Shown: positions 23,275 to 37,694, numbered from the stretch's first letter. The stretch: 64,000 bases of DNA from Paraphysomonas bandaiensis (GCA_965644295.1 CBFFRP010000360.1:1-64000); one strand, 5' to 3'. Notes: generated from the letters alone by a model not told the origin. Made by a program: numbers and translations.

Positions 23275-23625
23275 CTCGTTGTATGATCGGATAATATGGG
23301 GCCATTACCCAGGGAGTGTCGATGCGAACCAACAACTTTAGATAGCCCTATATCGTCGAGTAAAAGTAGTGCCTGGACTCGATTCGAACTAACTATACAA
23401 TCAACCATATATATTTTTCAGGGTACAAATTGGGTTTATTTACTTTCCTAGACACTTGCATAAGCAAATCATTTAAAATTTGACATCTCTATCCGTTCTA
23501 TAACTTAGTCAATGATAGATAAACAGCTGCAATATATCTCATGAGAAATCTTATCGATAGCCACGCACAGCTGCTTGAATATGGAAATAACATAAACAGA
23601 GCAAATAACTGTCCACATAAAAGGT

Positions 23626-23641
23626 GGTGTTAAAAAACACC
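23626..23641 (-). promoter_or_regulatory. Histone mRNA 3' stem-loop (H1)
   Basis: Sense strand GGTGTT-TTTT-AACACC-ACC, ~46 nt after the stop codon. Confidence 0.85.
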
Positions 23642-23687
23642 GATAGTTTGCCAGCTCTATTAGGCTGAGGGAAGTAATCCAAGAAAC

Positions 23688-24242
23688 TTAAGCTTTCTTT
23701 GTAGCTTTAGCCTTCTTAGGCTTGGAACCAGCCTTCTTAGGAGTGGATTTCTTGGGCTTAGCTGCGGCCTTCTTAGTAGGAGTAGCCTTCTTCTTGGGGG
23801 CAGACTTCTTGGGAGTAGCCTTCTTCTTAGGAGTGGTCTTCTTAGCAGGTGTAGCCTTCTTAGAGGCAGACTTCTTGGGAGTAGCCTTCTTCTTAGGGGC
23901 AGTGGTCTTAGCCTTAGGCTTATCCGCATCAGCTGTGCTCTTCTTCGCAGCTGCTTTCTTAGCCGCAGCCTTAGCAGTAGGAGTCAGCTTGTAAGATGCC
24001 TTCACCTTAGTGATGGTTCCTGCTGCCTCAGCTCTCTTAATAGCTGCACGCAGATGGTGCTGTATAGAGTCATGTCATTAGATAGCTGTACGGTATGCAC
24101 GGATCGCACTCACCGCTTGAAAATTAAAGTCAGGATACTTAGAAGAAATGTAAGACTTGATGGCCTGAAGAGAGGAACCAGTACGATCCTTAAGAGCAGA
24201 GATAGCCTCGACGAGGAGGGCGCCGTAAGTGGGTTTGGTCAT
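23688..24242 (-). CDS. H1: Linker histone H1 with one intron (24060-24113)
   Basis: Globular domain MTKPTYGALLVEAISALKDRTGSSLQAIKSYI...HLRAAIKR...KASYKL, followed by a Lys/Ala/Pro tail with TPKK repeats. Confidence 0.95.
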
Positions 24243-24351
24243 GGTGTGATGCGGTAACGCGTTGATTCCTTTGAACGATAATTATGAACTCAATCGATTT
24301 GAATTTTCTCAACTAACACAAAAATATTATTTTCACATTTCTTCCAAAAAA

Positions 24352-24365
24352 CGTATCTTCAACAG
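24352..24365 (-). promoter_or_regulatory. Candidate histone promoter element CTGTTGAAGATACG upstream of H1
   Basis: Exact match to 13000-13013; a variant CGTATCTTCGA occurs at ~24397. Confidence 0.6.
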
Positions 24366-26201
24366 TCATGATGAGCATCTTTCTTTTGGGTTTTTCGTAT
24401 CTTCGACCGTTCATTTTATCCGTTGAAAATATTCATATGCATTTATGGAGAGTTCGAAACTTGAAAATGGATCCTCATTCCAACCGCCCTGTTGAACAAC
24501 TGAACGGGGCTGTGACCGCACCTATTGCATCAAGAATATCTATTTAATATTTACAATCAATGTATAAATCCTTCATACATGTGGGTGTGCGCATATTTCA
24601 TAGTGCGTGTCTTTTCCACCAATAAGTGCACAAATCTATTGTACTTGCCGATGCATTTTAGCTGGCATACTTTTACTTTTGATATTACCTTATTCAACTT
24701 TAACTACATTTGGACTTAATTAACATCGGCTTGACCATCAGCATCAGCTGCAAACATATCATCGATGTCAGTAATGTGAGTGTCATATTGTGAGACATTT
24801 CCGTACACACTCTCCAATTGTTGTACTGGATAAATATATATACTCTCTATTTTTTACTGCTTAATTATAAATTTGCATAGTGATTTATTATTAGTGTTGT
24901 TATTGAGTTGACCTCAATCAATAAATGCGTAGCTAAGTAGAAGTATTATGCTGATAAACTCTAAGTGTGTCTCTATATTCTTATGTTAGCACGTCGTCCC
25001 ATACATCCCCTTAACCCTAATTGAATTGTAGATTTCCAACCCTAGCCCTTTCTAGTTATTCCTGAGTGATGAAGTATGCTCGGTTCAGTAAGTATAAAAA
25101 AGTTAGACATTCAACTGAATGGCTCCCTCATAGCAAAAAGATTAGTCGACTTTTATGCCATCGATGGAGTATTATATCCGACATGCGAACATTTTCTTAC
25201 GTAGTCATGTATGTAAGTGTGTAATATAAGGATATTGGTGTTCAACAGATACTGAATTCCAGCAGAAGCATATCACAGCAGCACCATATCTTGTCTTATA
25301 TAGAATCTAATTTAACTCGACAATCTACTATGCAAACCCGAAACTTACATTACTTGCAAAGAGCCGATTCAGACGCTTTTTCACAGTAGATCAACACCTT
25401 TTACAAGTCCTTCATCCGCACACCTCCGAGCCTAATACTTAAGGGAAGGCCACCAAGTCGCTAATATTGCTGCGTCCCCTTTGCTTGCCGTGGCAGACCC
25501 AGATGTAAATTGCACAAGATATATGTATATAGGTATATAGTAGTTGACTTAGATGGCTGCTTTCACTTGTCATGCTGTACGTTGTACAACATTCCTACAT
25601 ATACAACTATCATAGAGCAAGAATGCTCACACCTTGGCGCTTGAGGCGACTCACAAGTAATTCTCGTAACGTTAAATACTAGGATACAAGAGTTTACACT
25701 ACTTAGTAAATGGTAGATGCTCATCTAGTTACTAAGCTGATGCAGATTTCTAAGACCTATTGCAAAAAAGACTTTCAATACAGCCAATGGCGATCAATTT
25801 ATTGCATTGCTTTAAAAACCCGTTCAACAATATCACCAATAAGCAGGTAATATTCTCTCCGTTAAGTGATATACCATATTGACTACTACGAGTTACTATG
25901 CATCTCTATACATTATCCACATCATATAGACCACATACATATTGCATTACATGTGCCTACCATTTGGTTTCCCGTTGTGTTCAAGTCATGCATTATTGTC
26001 TACTCAGAATCAAACTGCGCAACTCCCTCACTGTGTTAAGCTATAGATCATCAATGTTTTATATAATAAACTCGCTGCTATTATATACTGCATACATATG
26101 TACAACATGGAGTCAACTTCTAATTAATTGTCTGATTCCATGAAACAGTTATTTGCAATGAATCCATATATCAAAAGTCTGATGACATCTCCATGATATG
26201 T

Positions 26202-26217
26202 GGTGTTGAAAAACACC
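26202..26217 (-). promoter_or_regulatory. Histone mRNA 3' stem-loop (H4 copy 2)
   Basis: Sense strand GGTGTT-TTTC-AACACC. Confidence 0.9.
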
Positions 26218-26245
26218 TATTTTGCTTGTAGCACAGAGGCAGCGC

Positions 26246-26581
<336 letters not shown>

Positions 26582-26855
26582 TCACTCAACTCACACTTTA
26601 ATTATGCTCCCATCAACTTTTCAAATCTCAACACACACATCCAACCCCCTCAACTGACTCATCGTATCTTCAACAGACACTGTCCAATGAAAGAGGAAAT
26701 AAAAAAAGCATCTTCAAAACTGAAAAATTGTATTTTTTTATGTCGCCGAGATGCAGAGTATCTTGAAGCGACAGGAGGGGAGTGTGGTGTGCGAGTGTTG
26801 GGATTCAAATGAAGAGTCGAGTCAGATTTCAAGAACCAACAGACGCACACACTAA

Positions 26856-27275
<420 letters not shown>

Positions 27276-27303
27276 ATATTTTGCTCTCAGCAAAACAAAA
27301 ATA

Positions 27304-27319
27304 GGTGTTTATTAACACC
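27304..27319 (+). promoter_or_regulatory. Histone mRNA 3' stem-loop (H3 copy 2)
   Basis: AAAAATA-GGTGTT-TATT-AACACC-ACC. Confidence 0.85.
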
Positions 27320-29379
27320 ACCTCTACACTGGAAACTATTGTGAGTTACAGTAGTGGGATATGCTTTCACTATTACGAATGTAATCTTCTGTATGCTAAA
27401 GAATAGGCCGTAAGGGGTTTTGTTATGCATTATTACTGATTGAGGTGCGCCGCCTTCTCTTGTACATAGAACTAAATGTTGTGCAAAACTGAATAGGCAA
27501 AGCGTCTTAGCACTGAACTCAGTTTTACATTACTTTATTATATATACAATACAAATAAAGAGCGTAGCATGACTGTATTAAAGTAATAGATCTACTTGGG
27601 GTCAGCTACCATTGGGTGGGAGAGCATGTTTTCGCTGTTGGCCCGTTAAATACGTCACTGTATCATGTAAGTAACAGCTATTTTCATATCCCCATTTTTT
27701 TGACCTTTTTTGACCTGATTTTGGCTCAACAGGGCGCTCATATCAGCACCGGGCAAATATAGACATTCAACTTCAATATTTACTTCTATCCTAAGTATGA
27801 TAATGACAGTCGAATGTACGTGATTTCATTATAGTACACAATTATAGAGAAACCACAATCATGAGCGAAACAAAGAGCAGATCATCTAACACTCCAAGTT
27901 ATATTCCATCCTTCGACTGCTGTATAAGATCACAACGATGTCAGTGCAAGTGATCTGTCTTCATATCCAGGACTTCGAAACAACTTCAAGAACATTACAG
28001 GTTACAGGAGAGTTTAAGTAACATATCTATGCTATATAGGTGGTTAGGAGCAGTGACACCAAGTTCTTTCAGGGTTTGAGCCACATCGTGCTTCTGAGGA
28101 TATTGTGTGCCTCATATCATACACACATCATTCGATCAGGTGCACTTGCAGAGGTAAAGCCTGTTGTGTATAAATGTGATGATGATGCTAATTAAGGGAA
28201 TAAGAAGCCTCTCTTTCGACTTCAACTGTTCACATTCATCACCACACTTACAGTATACATATATACAGTATACATATATCATACAAGCATGCTACAAATA
28301 GCTATACAATCTAATATATTAACTTTTCAGCGTCATGAGGATAAGCTACAATTTAACATAGGGATAAGGAGTAACGTCCCTTGTCAAAATTTTAAAACTC
28401 GGGCTTTTCTCCCTCGTTACAAAATTTTGAGCGCGGGACGATATAGCCTCGCTCCTTATTGTCCGTGGTTAAATATAACTATATCCTCTCTGTGTGATGT
28501 CAATAATGAAAATTGTCGAAATAGGTGTTTAGTAGGGAACATCAGAGACAATATATCCAAATATCCAAACGACGTAGAAGATCATAAGAGCGCTGACTGT
28601 GGCGAGGCTAGCTAAAATGTTGGTATCATACTTCCACTATTTCGTCCCAGTTGGCTTCCATCTGAACAAAAAAGCACCACTATCCTGGCAGAGGGCAATG
28701 TTAGGCAATGCTCATGCAACTCTACAGCTAATTTAAAGTTATAAGAGTTAGAAAGAGTTTCCTTAGGAACAAAATACTGACCCCAGAAATTCTAAAAAGC
28801 ATTGCGAAAACGCATTAAGGAAACAACGAAAGAGAGTTGACAGGCTACAGGAGAAGAGCAGCTTGACATATGCAACTAGATTGTAGACAGCGCCAAAGTC
28901 ACCGAGAGAGCTCGACTTGGTACCTATATGAGTCCAATTGACGCAGCTTGCTTCATATCTCGAAGCACAATCTAATGTTATTGAAAGGCTCTTTACTCTT
29001 GAAAACTTGATTATAATACCTGGGCTAAGAAACATGAATATCACTTCGCTATATATCATTCATTGGTTTTCAATTTTTTATTGTTGGCCATTAAATTAAT
29101 AGATTTTGAAAATAATAGTTGAAATTATTATTATAGGAAAATGTTATTATTATTATTACTTGCAAATTATTACCTGACGTAGAGAGCATCTGTTAATTTG
29201 GAATAACTTCCTACGTCACACCGAAAATAGTGTGTGAAAGTCTATATTATTAGCAGTAGGAGTCGAGAATCGACACCAGATAAGTAGTTAGTAGATGAAG
29301 ACTAGTCAGGCTAGATCGACCTCTACCAGTAACTAACTAGTATAAATTCTCATACTCTATTATTTAACGCTACAGAAGC

Positions 29380-30300
29380 TGCTTGTCCGTCACCGCAAGC
29401 TCCAAGGTAGAACCACCTCCGTTCTTGTGTGTGAAGGAGAAGCTGCGGACGTCAGTCCTTGACGTACAGAAGGTTCAGTCAGGAGGACGCCCCTTAGGAT
29501 AGAGGGCTCTTCGGGACTCTGTGGAGGAGGATTCTGTATCAGTGAGTCAAGTGTTCTTGAACTGAGATACAAGAACGAGGGTGTGTGTTGTTGGGACCCC
29601 TGTGTGTCTTGGAATGACTTAACTTCAAGTTGGGTCTTGAACAGAGGAGTAGCTGACAGAAGAGGAAGGCGGGGCCGCGCTAGGTCTCCGCTCTACGCGT
29701 AGTAAGCGGATAACCCGTGGATTCCGCTGGGTGTTACTCAATTTTGAGCGCGAACTACTGGGGGGCTTTCGTATGTGTCCACGTCGCCGCCGTAGTCTAG
29801 GGGGGAGTCTTCTTGTGTCTCCCTCTGGTTGGCAGCAGCATAAGCGCCCACTACAATCTTGGAGCATTTGTTTGGCCCCAGTATAGAGTGGTTGAAGGAG
29901 GGTAACAACTGCTGTTTCAACGGTACAACAAGTCCACGCGCTTTGAGGGAGCAATGGTACTGTGTTCCGTAAACGCTTTCCATTGGAGCTTCGGTAATAG
30001 TTCATGTCCAAAATCGTTCAACCTGCGGAAGGGAGGTGCTCCAGGCTTTGCGAGAGAGTTTCTTGAGAATGGCGGAGCTCCTTGTGTCTCTGAAAAGGCG
30101 ATGTCTCGTATCTGTGAGATGGAGTCGTGTGGGCAATATCCAGACGCATATGTTTTAGAGAGTCTAAAGCCGAAGGCCACAATCAACGCATTTGGCTTTG
30201 CTTAGGTCAAGTCCAAGCTTTGTTTTGACCATTGCTGTAGAATTTGTCCCATGTCAGAGCTGTATTAAGTATGCGTTGTCCTAGTTGTGAACTGTCCTTG
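29380..30300 (-). pseudogene. Decayed coding-like, GC-richer segment; possibly a retroelement remnant
   Basis: Minus-strand frame interrupted by stops. LVVPLKQQLLPSFNHSILG is faintly reminiscent of the segment preceding an integrase zinc-binding domain; weak. Confidence 0.25.
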
Positions 30301-30842
30301 ACTTGGATCTGCCGCGGCCACAAAAATAGTGTAAAAAGCTTGTCAAGGGATTAAAAATCTAGTCAAATTTTTAGTTTACTATGACTAGGTTGACTAGGTG
30401 TTTTATGGTGTTCACCTAGCCATCAACTGTTGTATGCAGATATTGAATTATAATATATATTATTACTTCTTGGCTAATATTGACATGATGGTAAATTCAA
30501 CCAATTTGACTATAGATTGAATTATACATTATACTTTCCAGCCTGATATCCATACTCTACATAAAATCTGTACAATAGAGAACGGAACCTGATAGCTGGT
30601 TTTAAGAAATAGGATTTCATGTCCTGTTTAATGGTATATTTTATATTTTTAATTTCTTCTAAAGAACTCTAAATAAGTAAATGTAATATTATTCTTTTAG
30701 TACATATAATAATGTGAATATCTGCGATAAAAAATATTTCTAATAAAACTGTATGAAATAAAAGTGTGTAAAACTATATATCTGCAATCTCTATCACCCC
30801 CTCTTTACCCTCTTGAAACATATTCCTATCTCCGTATTCCAA

Positions 30843-32931
30843 TTATTCAACACCCATGTACATTTTTTCCAGTTTTAGATAGTCATCCCTCTTCTGAATC
30901 GTATGCAGTTTCGTTTCGTAGTCTGAGAGCTTGATAGTGGAATAGAAATACCGCGTTGATGTAGAATTCCCAACTCCTGACACAGGCATTCCAAATAGAT
31001 GCAATAAAGCTATATAAAATTCGTGAAAAGTATATGGACTACTAAAAGAAATATCATTTCGTATGTATTCAGTATTTATATGTTCACAATTTTGGACCAC
31101 GGGGTCGGAAGAATCGATCCATTCCACTAGCAGAAGTTTTCTAGTTCGGGAGGCCAGGAAATGAACTGCAGGGATGAGACTATCTACTCCACGCGAACAG
31201 CTGTATGCCAAAAAAATCATATCGTGCGCTAAAAGTATACAAAAAAGAATAAGAACAAGCCCATAAAATATTGGTGACTATGTAATGGCAGTACAGGATT
31301 TGTGTTGCATATATATACAGAGCACATACTCCACCTATAACAATATCTGCTACTCCTTCATTTAGGCTACACAAATCGCCTTTAAAGACAGAGATCTTGT
31401 CACGGTAAGTGCCACCCAAAAAATCTAATGCACTTTCAACAAGGGGTGCATGATGATCATCGATGCCTGCAATGATGCATTCATCCATACCAAGTGCCAC
31501 CGCTAAAAAACAGTAAAAACCTAAACTCTGGCTTCCTCCAACGTCGGCAACAGTTAAATTACTATTTGCCGTGTTACGAATTATAGGCGATAGATATTTC
31601 AAGTTGGCTCGAATATTGTCAGACACTGCTAACAAACTCATTTTATTGGAGTCCACACTAACAGTGAAACGGTCATATACCCCTGCGTATTAAATAAAAA
31701 AATTATTTTAGGAAGTGTGCACGCTATAATAACAACGAATTCTAGCGTCGTACACACCACAGTTGCAGAAAGCATAAATTATAACTCACTTACCTTCAAA
31801 TGATACATACTGATGATACCCAGAAAAATTCAATAACACTCGTGCTTTAGAAGAATCAGCAGTGTGGACCTCACAGATTTTTAAGTTGCAATTACATGTG
31901 CTCATAGGTACCGCAAACCCGTCTACAATACTTGCACTACTATTCGGTCGAAGTGATTTTAGAAATAGGGACAGCTCCTTGATATTATCGACATCCATTT
32001 CACTAGGATTTAGAGATTCATCTAGCATTTTATCCACCAGTGGATGTACCCACGAAATATCTACAGTCGCATGCAAATGTAAAGTGAAGTATATGACTGT
32101 GCCCATAGAGAACACATCACATATCTGGCCATCGCTCCGTCTGTTGTTGCCATTTAAATGCACGGGTGGAGGAGTAGGTCGCCTGATGACAGGAGATACA
32201 CTCCATGTGAAGTCCAATAATAAGATTGACAGCTTCGAATTGGCATTGCTAACTAACAGATTTGTAAGATGGATATCATTGTGGGAAATGCCTGATTTCT
32301 TTAAAGTGTACAGAACACTAAGTAAAGCTTGGACATACTCATACACATCATCTGTAGTCCGCAAAGAAGCAACGTGTTCAGAAAGTGAAGCAGTGTCCAA
32401 TACAAAATCTGTTACACATATAGACGAACTAGTCGTGGCATGGTTGCGATTCATATACAAAGGTACTGGAAATCTTGTGGACGTATACTTCCCATTGCAT
32501 GGCTCCAAGCCAAAGGAACAGTCATGGCTTGTTCGCCAGTCGTACACTTCTTGTAACATAAACAAATTCAAGCATTCAGTGGTGGCTGTATCATACCCTG
32601 AAGAGATGCTTTTAGTGGGTGCTGATCGCACTCGTGCAAGATGATTCTCTGACACCCGGCCACCGCACACGTCCCTCATATCTAACACAGGCATACTGTG
32701 TACATGAAAACGATATGAGGATCTTTCACTTCCATCTGTCCAATTGAACTCATGAGGGTTCCATCTGCAGTCTCTGATGTATGTAGATGAGTGTGTCGAG
32801 GGGTAGCGATCATCAGAGAAGGCGGCTTGTAGTATGGACGGAGACTCTGCGGAGATGAGTGTGATGTACTGTGGACTGAGAAACACACAGAGGAATAGAA
32901 TGTATCCATATATACGCTCCTGTCGTGGCAT
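30843..32931 (-). CDS. Signal/anchor + protein-kinase-like domain + class I SAM methyltransferase fusion; three exons
   Basis: Hydrophobic N-terminus YILFLCVFLSPQYITLISA; kinase motifs SHNDIHLTNLLV, LLDFTWS and DVFSMG; methyltransferase motifs VADVGGSQSLGFY, GID, KGDL, ADIVI and LLVEWI. Confidence 0.72.
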
Positions 32932-33407
32932 TGTTGTGTTCTGTGTGTGGTATCACCAACATACAGCAGTAGCTACCGTGTGCTGTATGTATGTGTATGT
33001 ATGTACAGTACATGGGAGCCCATATACAGTACTGCTGCACAGTAGTTCCTATCAGTATCCAGGACTGATGGATACTCCACCTACTACAGTGTACATCATA
33101 GCAGTGTACGATCGTACATAGTATACTGCTGTAGATGCTCCTGAAATCAAAAATAGGGGATTTTTAGCTAAATATTATGCCATTTGTGTGTCCATTTCTT
33201 GGGGTTTCTTGTTCAAAGGTCTACTCGTATTAAACCTACAATCTGAGTCTATATGAACCAATCATATACTAGTTATACACTTATCTTTAATACTATTGGT
33301 AGAGTGTGTATATATACTGTGCTGTATGTGTATATATATGTCTGCGCACATGTCTGTCTATGCTTGTTGCAGTATATGCATCACTGTAAGCAGAGGATAT
33401 CAACACA

Positions 33408-33622
33408 ATGAGAGTAGGGATCGTGGGTAGTGGTAATTTTGCATCTGCTATAGCTAGATTTGTAGGACAGAATGCTGCGCGTCTTCCATCCCTTCACTCT
33501 GAGGTATAATACGCCTGTATGCACGCCCTGCATACACACACATACATACATACATACATACATACATACATACATACATACATACATACATACATACATA
33601 CATACATACATACATACATACA

Positions 33623-33658
<36 letters not shown>

Positions 33659-34881
33659 TATGATATGGATATGTATTATTGCCGTAGGTTAAGATGTGGG
33701 TGCACGATGAGCTCATTGAAGGGAAGAAATTAACAGATATCATTAATACGAAACACGAGAATGTGAAGTATTTAAGAGGCCACACTCTTCCTCACAACGT
33801 CATCGCATCTCCTGATCTTATCAACACGTGTCAGGATGCAGATATCCTGATATTTGCACTCCCTCATCAGCATCTAGAGCTTACATTAAAAGCTGTTCAG
33901 GGACATACTAAGCAAGAGTCGTTAATGTGTGTATCTCTCATTAAAGGTAACATGTTCTCTACGTGTACTTCAAGTTGACGTATTTCAGGTGCTAAGTTTG
34001 ATAGTACGGGACCAGCGTTTTATTCAGAAATTATTGGGGAAGCACTTGGCGTAAAGGATGTAGCTGTACTGATGGGTGCAAATGTGGCCAGTGATGTCGC
34101 TCGGGGTGATTTCGTTGAATCCACTCTAGCCTGTAGAAACGCTAACCTTCTAGAGCCTTTAAGTAATATTTTTTCTGCCTCATCCTTTCGGATCCAGAAG
34201 TCGACTGATGTAACGACAGTTGAAATGTGTGGGGCTTTAAAAAATATTGTTGCCATGGGTGCTGGTGGGTAAAGTAGCGATAAACTTATCAATGCTCTAA
34301 CGTAACATTATACACAAAGGGTTTTGTGATGGTCTCTCACTAGGATCAAGCTCTAAAGCTGCGCTTTTACGACAAGGCCTTCAAGAAATGGCATTTATGT
34401 GTAAACTTGTGAATCCAAATTTTCTGGTGATAATAATGCTTGGTTGTGTCGGTTTACGTTCGTTATTTTCCAATGTTTTTTGTAGGCAGAGACCTTGCTG
34501 TTTCAATCATGTGGAGGGGCTGATGTCATAGCAACTTGCTATGGTAATTTTTACCTATTGTGATTGGGGTACTTTTACTGACTTTTTGCTTTTGTCTCAT
34601 GAGGCGGGCGTAACCGACTTTGTTCTGAAGAATTTTGCCGACTTCGACTGCTTCAGATTCAAGAAGAAGACTCCCGTGATGATACTCGTAGCTACGACAA
34701 GAGCTGGAAAGAAATCGAAGAAAGACTTCTCCGTGGACAGAAACTGCAAGGCCTATCCACTTGCGATGAAGTAATGAAGTATATATCTGCGAACCAGTTA
34801 GAAGCCCAATTTCCTCTTTTCACGAAAGTTCATGACATTGCCAGAATGGGTCAAGCGCCGCATACACTTTTTGATTGGTAG
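33408..34881 (+). CDS. GPD1: NAD-dependent glycerol-3-phosphate dehydrogenase; multi-exon
   Basis: MRVGIVGSGNFASAIA, INTKHENVKYL, LPHQ, SLIKG, LMGANVA, CGALKNIVA, SCGGADVIATCYGGRN, GQKLQG. Confidence 0.95.
33531..33651. repeat. (TACA)n microsatellite in the first GPD1 intron
   Basis: Directly visible. Confidence 0.97.
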
Positions 34882-35562
34882 TGCACAAGTGAAGAATATA
34901 TTTTGAAGACATATACTTCGCTACATGACTAATAATACGACACTTTTATGCATTGTCTGCGCCGTAATCTTCGACTTGTACTGCTGTAGTTTATGCATGC
35001 TACATGTCCGGATTACTTATTATTCCAATGAACTGCTCAAGAACCTGAACAAGTGGGTGCAACAAACTGTATTGTGAATTATTGTACAAAACACTCATAA
35101 AACGCACTATAACAATACATTAGTATTTATTCAACCTGGTCAGTTACTAAGTTGATACCATCTTAAGAACAAATAAAAAAATGCCTCAATCAAAGTATGC
35201 TTTTACACTTGAAACTTATATACTAATAAGTACTTGGGTTTGCGTTCACAGTAAACAATAACTAGTCAGGAAGATGTATCCATGTTTTCACGGTAGCCCC
35301 ATTCACAAAGCTCTAAGCCCTAACGTATTACACCAGCTAAAAAAATGCTACTGATAGTACAAATACCAATTGCAGTATTGAAAACATCTGGTTGCATATT
35401 ACGAGGTATAGCACTGCGCAGGGAATATACAGTAGCAACACAATCCACATGACACAACTGATTCGCTGCAATAACACCTACATTATGATATCAATATTTA
35501 ATGATCACTACATGCGATTGTTCAAATTAAGCCAAACGTATACCAATGATGTGGCGGTAACA

Positions 35563-37694
35563 TTACCGCGACCTAGCTGGACTTTTGACTATGAGTTCCT
35601 GAAATGGATTCTGAGCAGGCCGGGGGGGGGAAAGGGGTGGAGCAGGTGGATGGGATGTGCTGTGCGTTTCTTTATCTTCCGGCTGCGACTGTTCTGTTTT
35701 AACGTTATTTACTATGTGCTTCGCAGGAAGTTTGGATGGCTTCGGTTCAGACTTTGTGTTGACTGTTGAAGTTTTCCCATCCACAACCCTGCGATTAGAC
35801 GAGGTCGTTACAGGCCGTGAAACCCCAGTTCCTTTGCCGCGGAGAGAGGCTCCAGGGGATTTTTTCACTCCAGAACTGCTACCCGTTGTGGTTGGTGCAC
35901 GCCCAGGTGTGCGTCCAGAAGATGCACCAGTTTGTCCACGTACCACAGTACGCATAGATGACTTGCCGGAAGATGTTGCTGACATGCTACTTACAGTACT
36001 CATACTGCTGCCACTACTTGAAGCGTTACTGTTATTGCGGGAAGTTGGTAATCGGGTGCCAGTAGGTTTTGTACTGGTGCTATTACTAGTGCTGCTACTA
36101 GTTGCAGGTCTTGTCACAGGAGTAGTTCGAGACGGCTGCTTCTTAGTCGCTGAGCTCCTAGTACTGATCCCTTTACTTGTGGATGGGGTACGCGAGCTTA
36201 AAACCTTGCTCCGTGTCACTTTACTTCCATCATTACCTCCAGGAGTAGCTGTTTTCTTACCCGAACCCGGAACTTTAGAAGATACCCCAGACTTTATACT
36301 ACCGCTGTCATTAACAGAAGCTTTCTCAGCTGCAACCACGGCAGCTAAGGGCCTCGATAAGCTATGCACATTCTTTGTCGAACTGTTCCATCCTCCACTT
36401 GCTGGTGTACCTGTACTCTTACCCACACTCGATTTAGATGGTGTTTTGCGTTGCGAACAGAATGAATTAGTCTTTTTATCAGCCGTTAAGGATTTTCTCG
36501 GTGGAGATGTCAATGCAATATCGTCGGTACTGACAGCACGGTGGCGCACATCATTTTTTGTACCTTCGCTTCCACCTGCCTCGGCAATAGGTGGGTCTGT
36601 CATGGATGCACTACGAAACCTATCCCCACCCGTGGTACCTTTCGAAGATATCCAGCTGCTGTCCGCTCTAAAAGTTTTTCTCTGCTTCTGTCGTTCTTCG
36701 AGTCGAGCTTTTTTGAGCTCTTCCAGAGTGGCACTCGTTTTCGTCGATTGTGCTGCAGTAGAAGCTGCCTCGTAATTGAAATGTAGACGGTCCATAGATC
36801 CAGAAAGGGGACGAGAAAGCGACGGTCTTGTATCTTCACTTGTTTGTTTTTTGACAGGAGAGGATGGCCTAGAGTGACTTGGAGACTGACTGAAGTTACT
36901 TTCAGACTCCAACGAATTTCTTCTGGATACCACAGGAGCGGAGCAATGAGGAGGAGCACATGAATTTTCCTCCATTATTAACTGGAGATCCGGACTACAT
37001 ATATTCCACAAACGCAACTATATCCACAAAATTCGTAAGTAAGTTTTAAAGTTCGTGGAAAACGAAATATAAAGCATGTCTAGAACTAATAGCTACATAC
37101 CTTGGCATCTGCTAATGAAGCCTTCAATGACTTTGTGGCTATTTCTTTCGCGCAAACACTGCTGATGTCCCAAGATTTGCGAGAGCTATCCGTCTGTACC
37201 TCCCCATCTGAACTGTCTCTACGTTCAACGCTACGTGCGCCAGACGTAATATCACCCCTTTCTTCCACATCAATCTCGGAACGTCCCAAACCTGTACCTT
37301 TTTCTGATAGAGAACTCGATACGGTATTACTCCGAAGATGTCGTATTGCGGGCACATACTCAGAGAGTGTGGATACATTATTCTCCGACTTTATCTTCAT
37401 GATATGCGATAACGGTGTCCGTAAGTCAAATTCACTACCTTCATGATAGTCACTATTCCCATGCTCTAAATCCCATGGAGCAGGACCATCCTCTTCCTCT
37501 TCAATAGTCTCAACAGTCTCTTTATTACTGTCAATGTGATCATTTTTGCTGTTATTATTCTCGTTTTTTGAAGATGCGAATCCTAAAAATTTTCCCAATT
37601 TTTTAATGGAATTCATTTTTTTTTTCTTGGGTCTCTGGGCGTTATCTGCACTAGCATCCATCCCACTCGACTCAGAGTCTCTTCTCCCGTCCAT
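35563..37694 (-). CDS. Large Ser/Thr/Lys-rich low-complexity protein, function unknown; at least two exons, 3' end uncertain
   Basis: ORFs 37086-37694 and 35563-37017 are joined by an intron; biased, disordered composition; no recognisable domain. Confidence 0.7.

Noticed and set aside
23365-23400. tRNA T-arm-like GTTCGAATC on the minus strand
   Set aside because: No D-arm, anticodon arm or matching acceptor stem.
35657-36775. 372-aa plus-strand ORF and other antisense ORFs (13113-13454, 23722-23994, 31862-32644, 56805-57500)
   Set aside because: Shadows of well-supported genes on the opposite strand.
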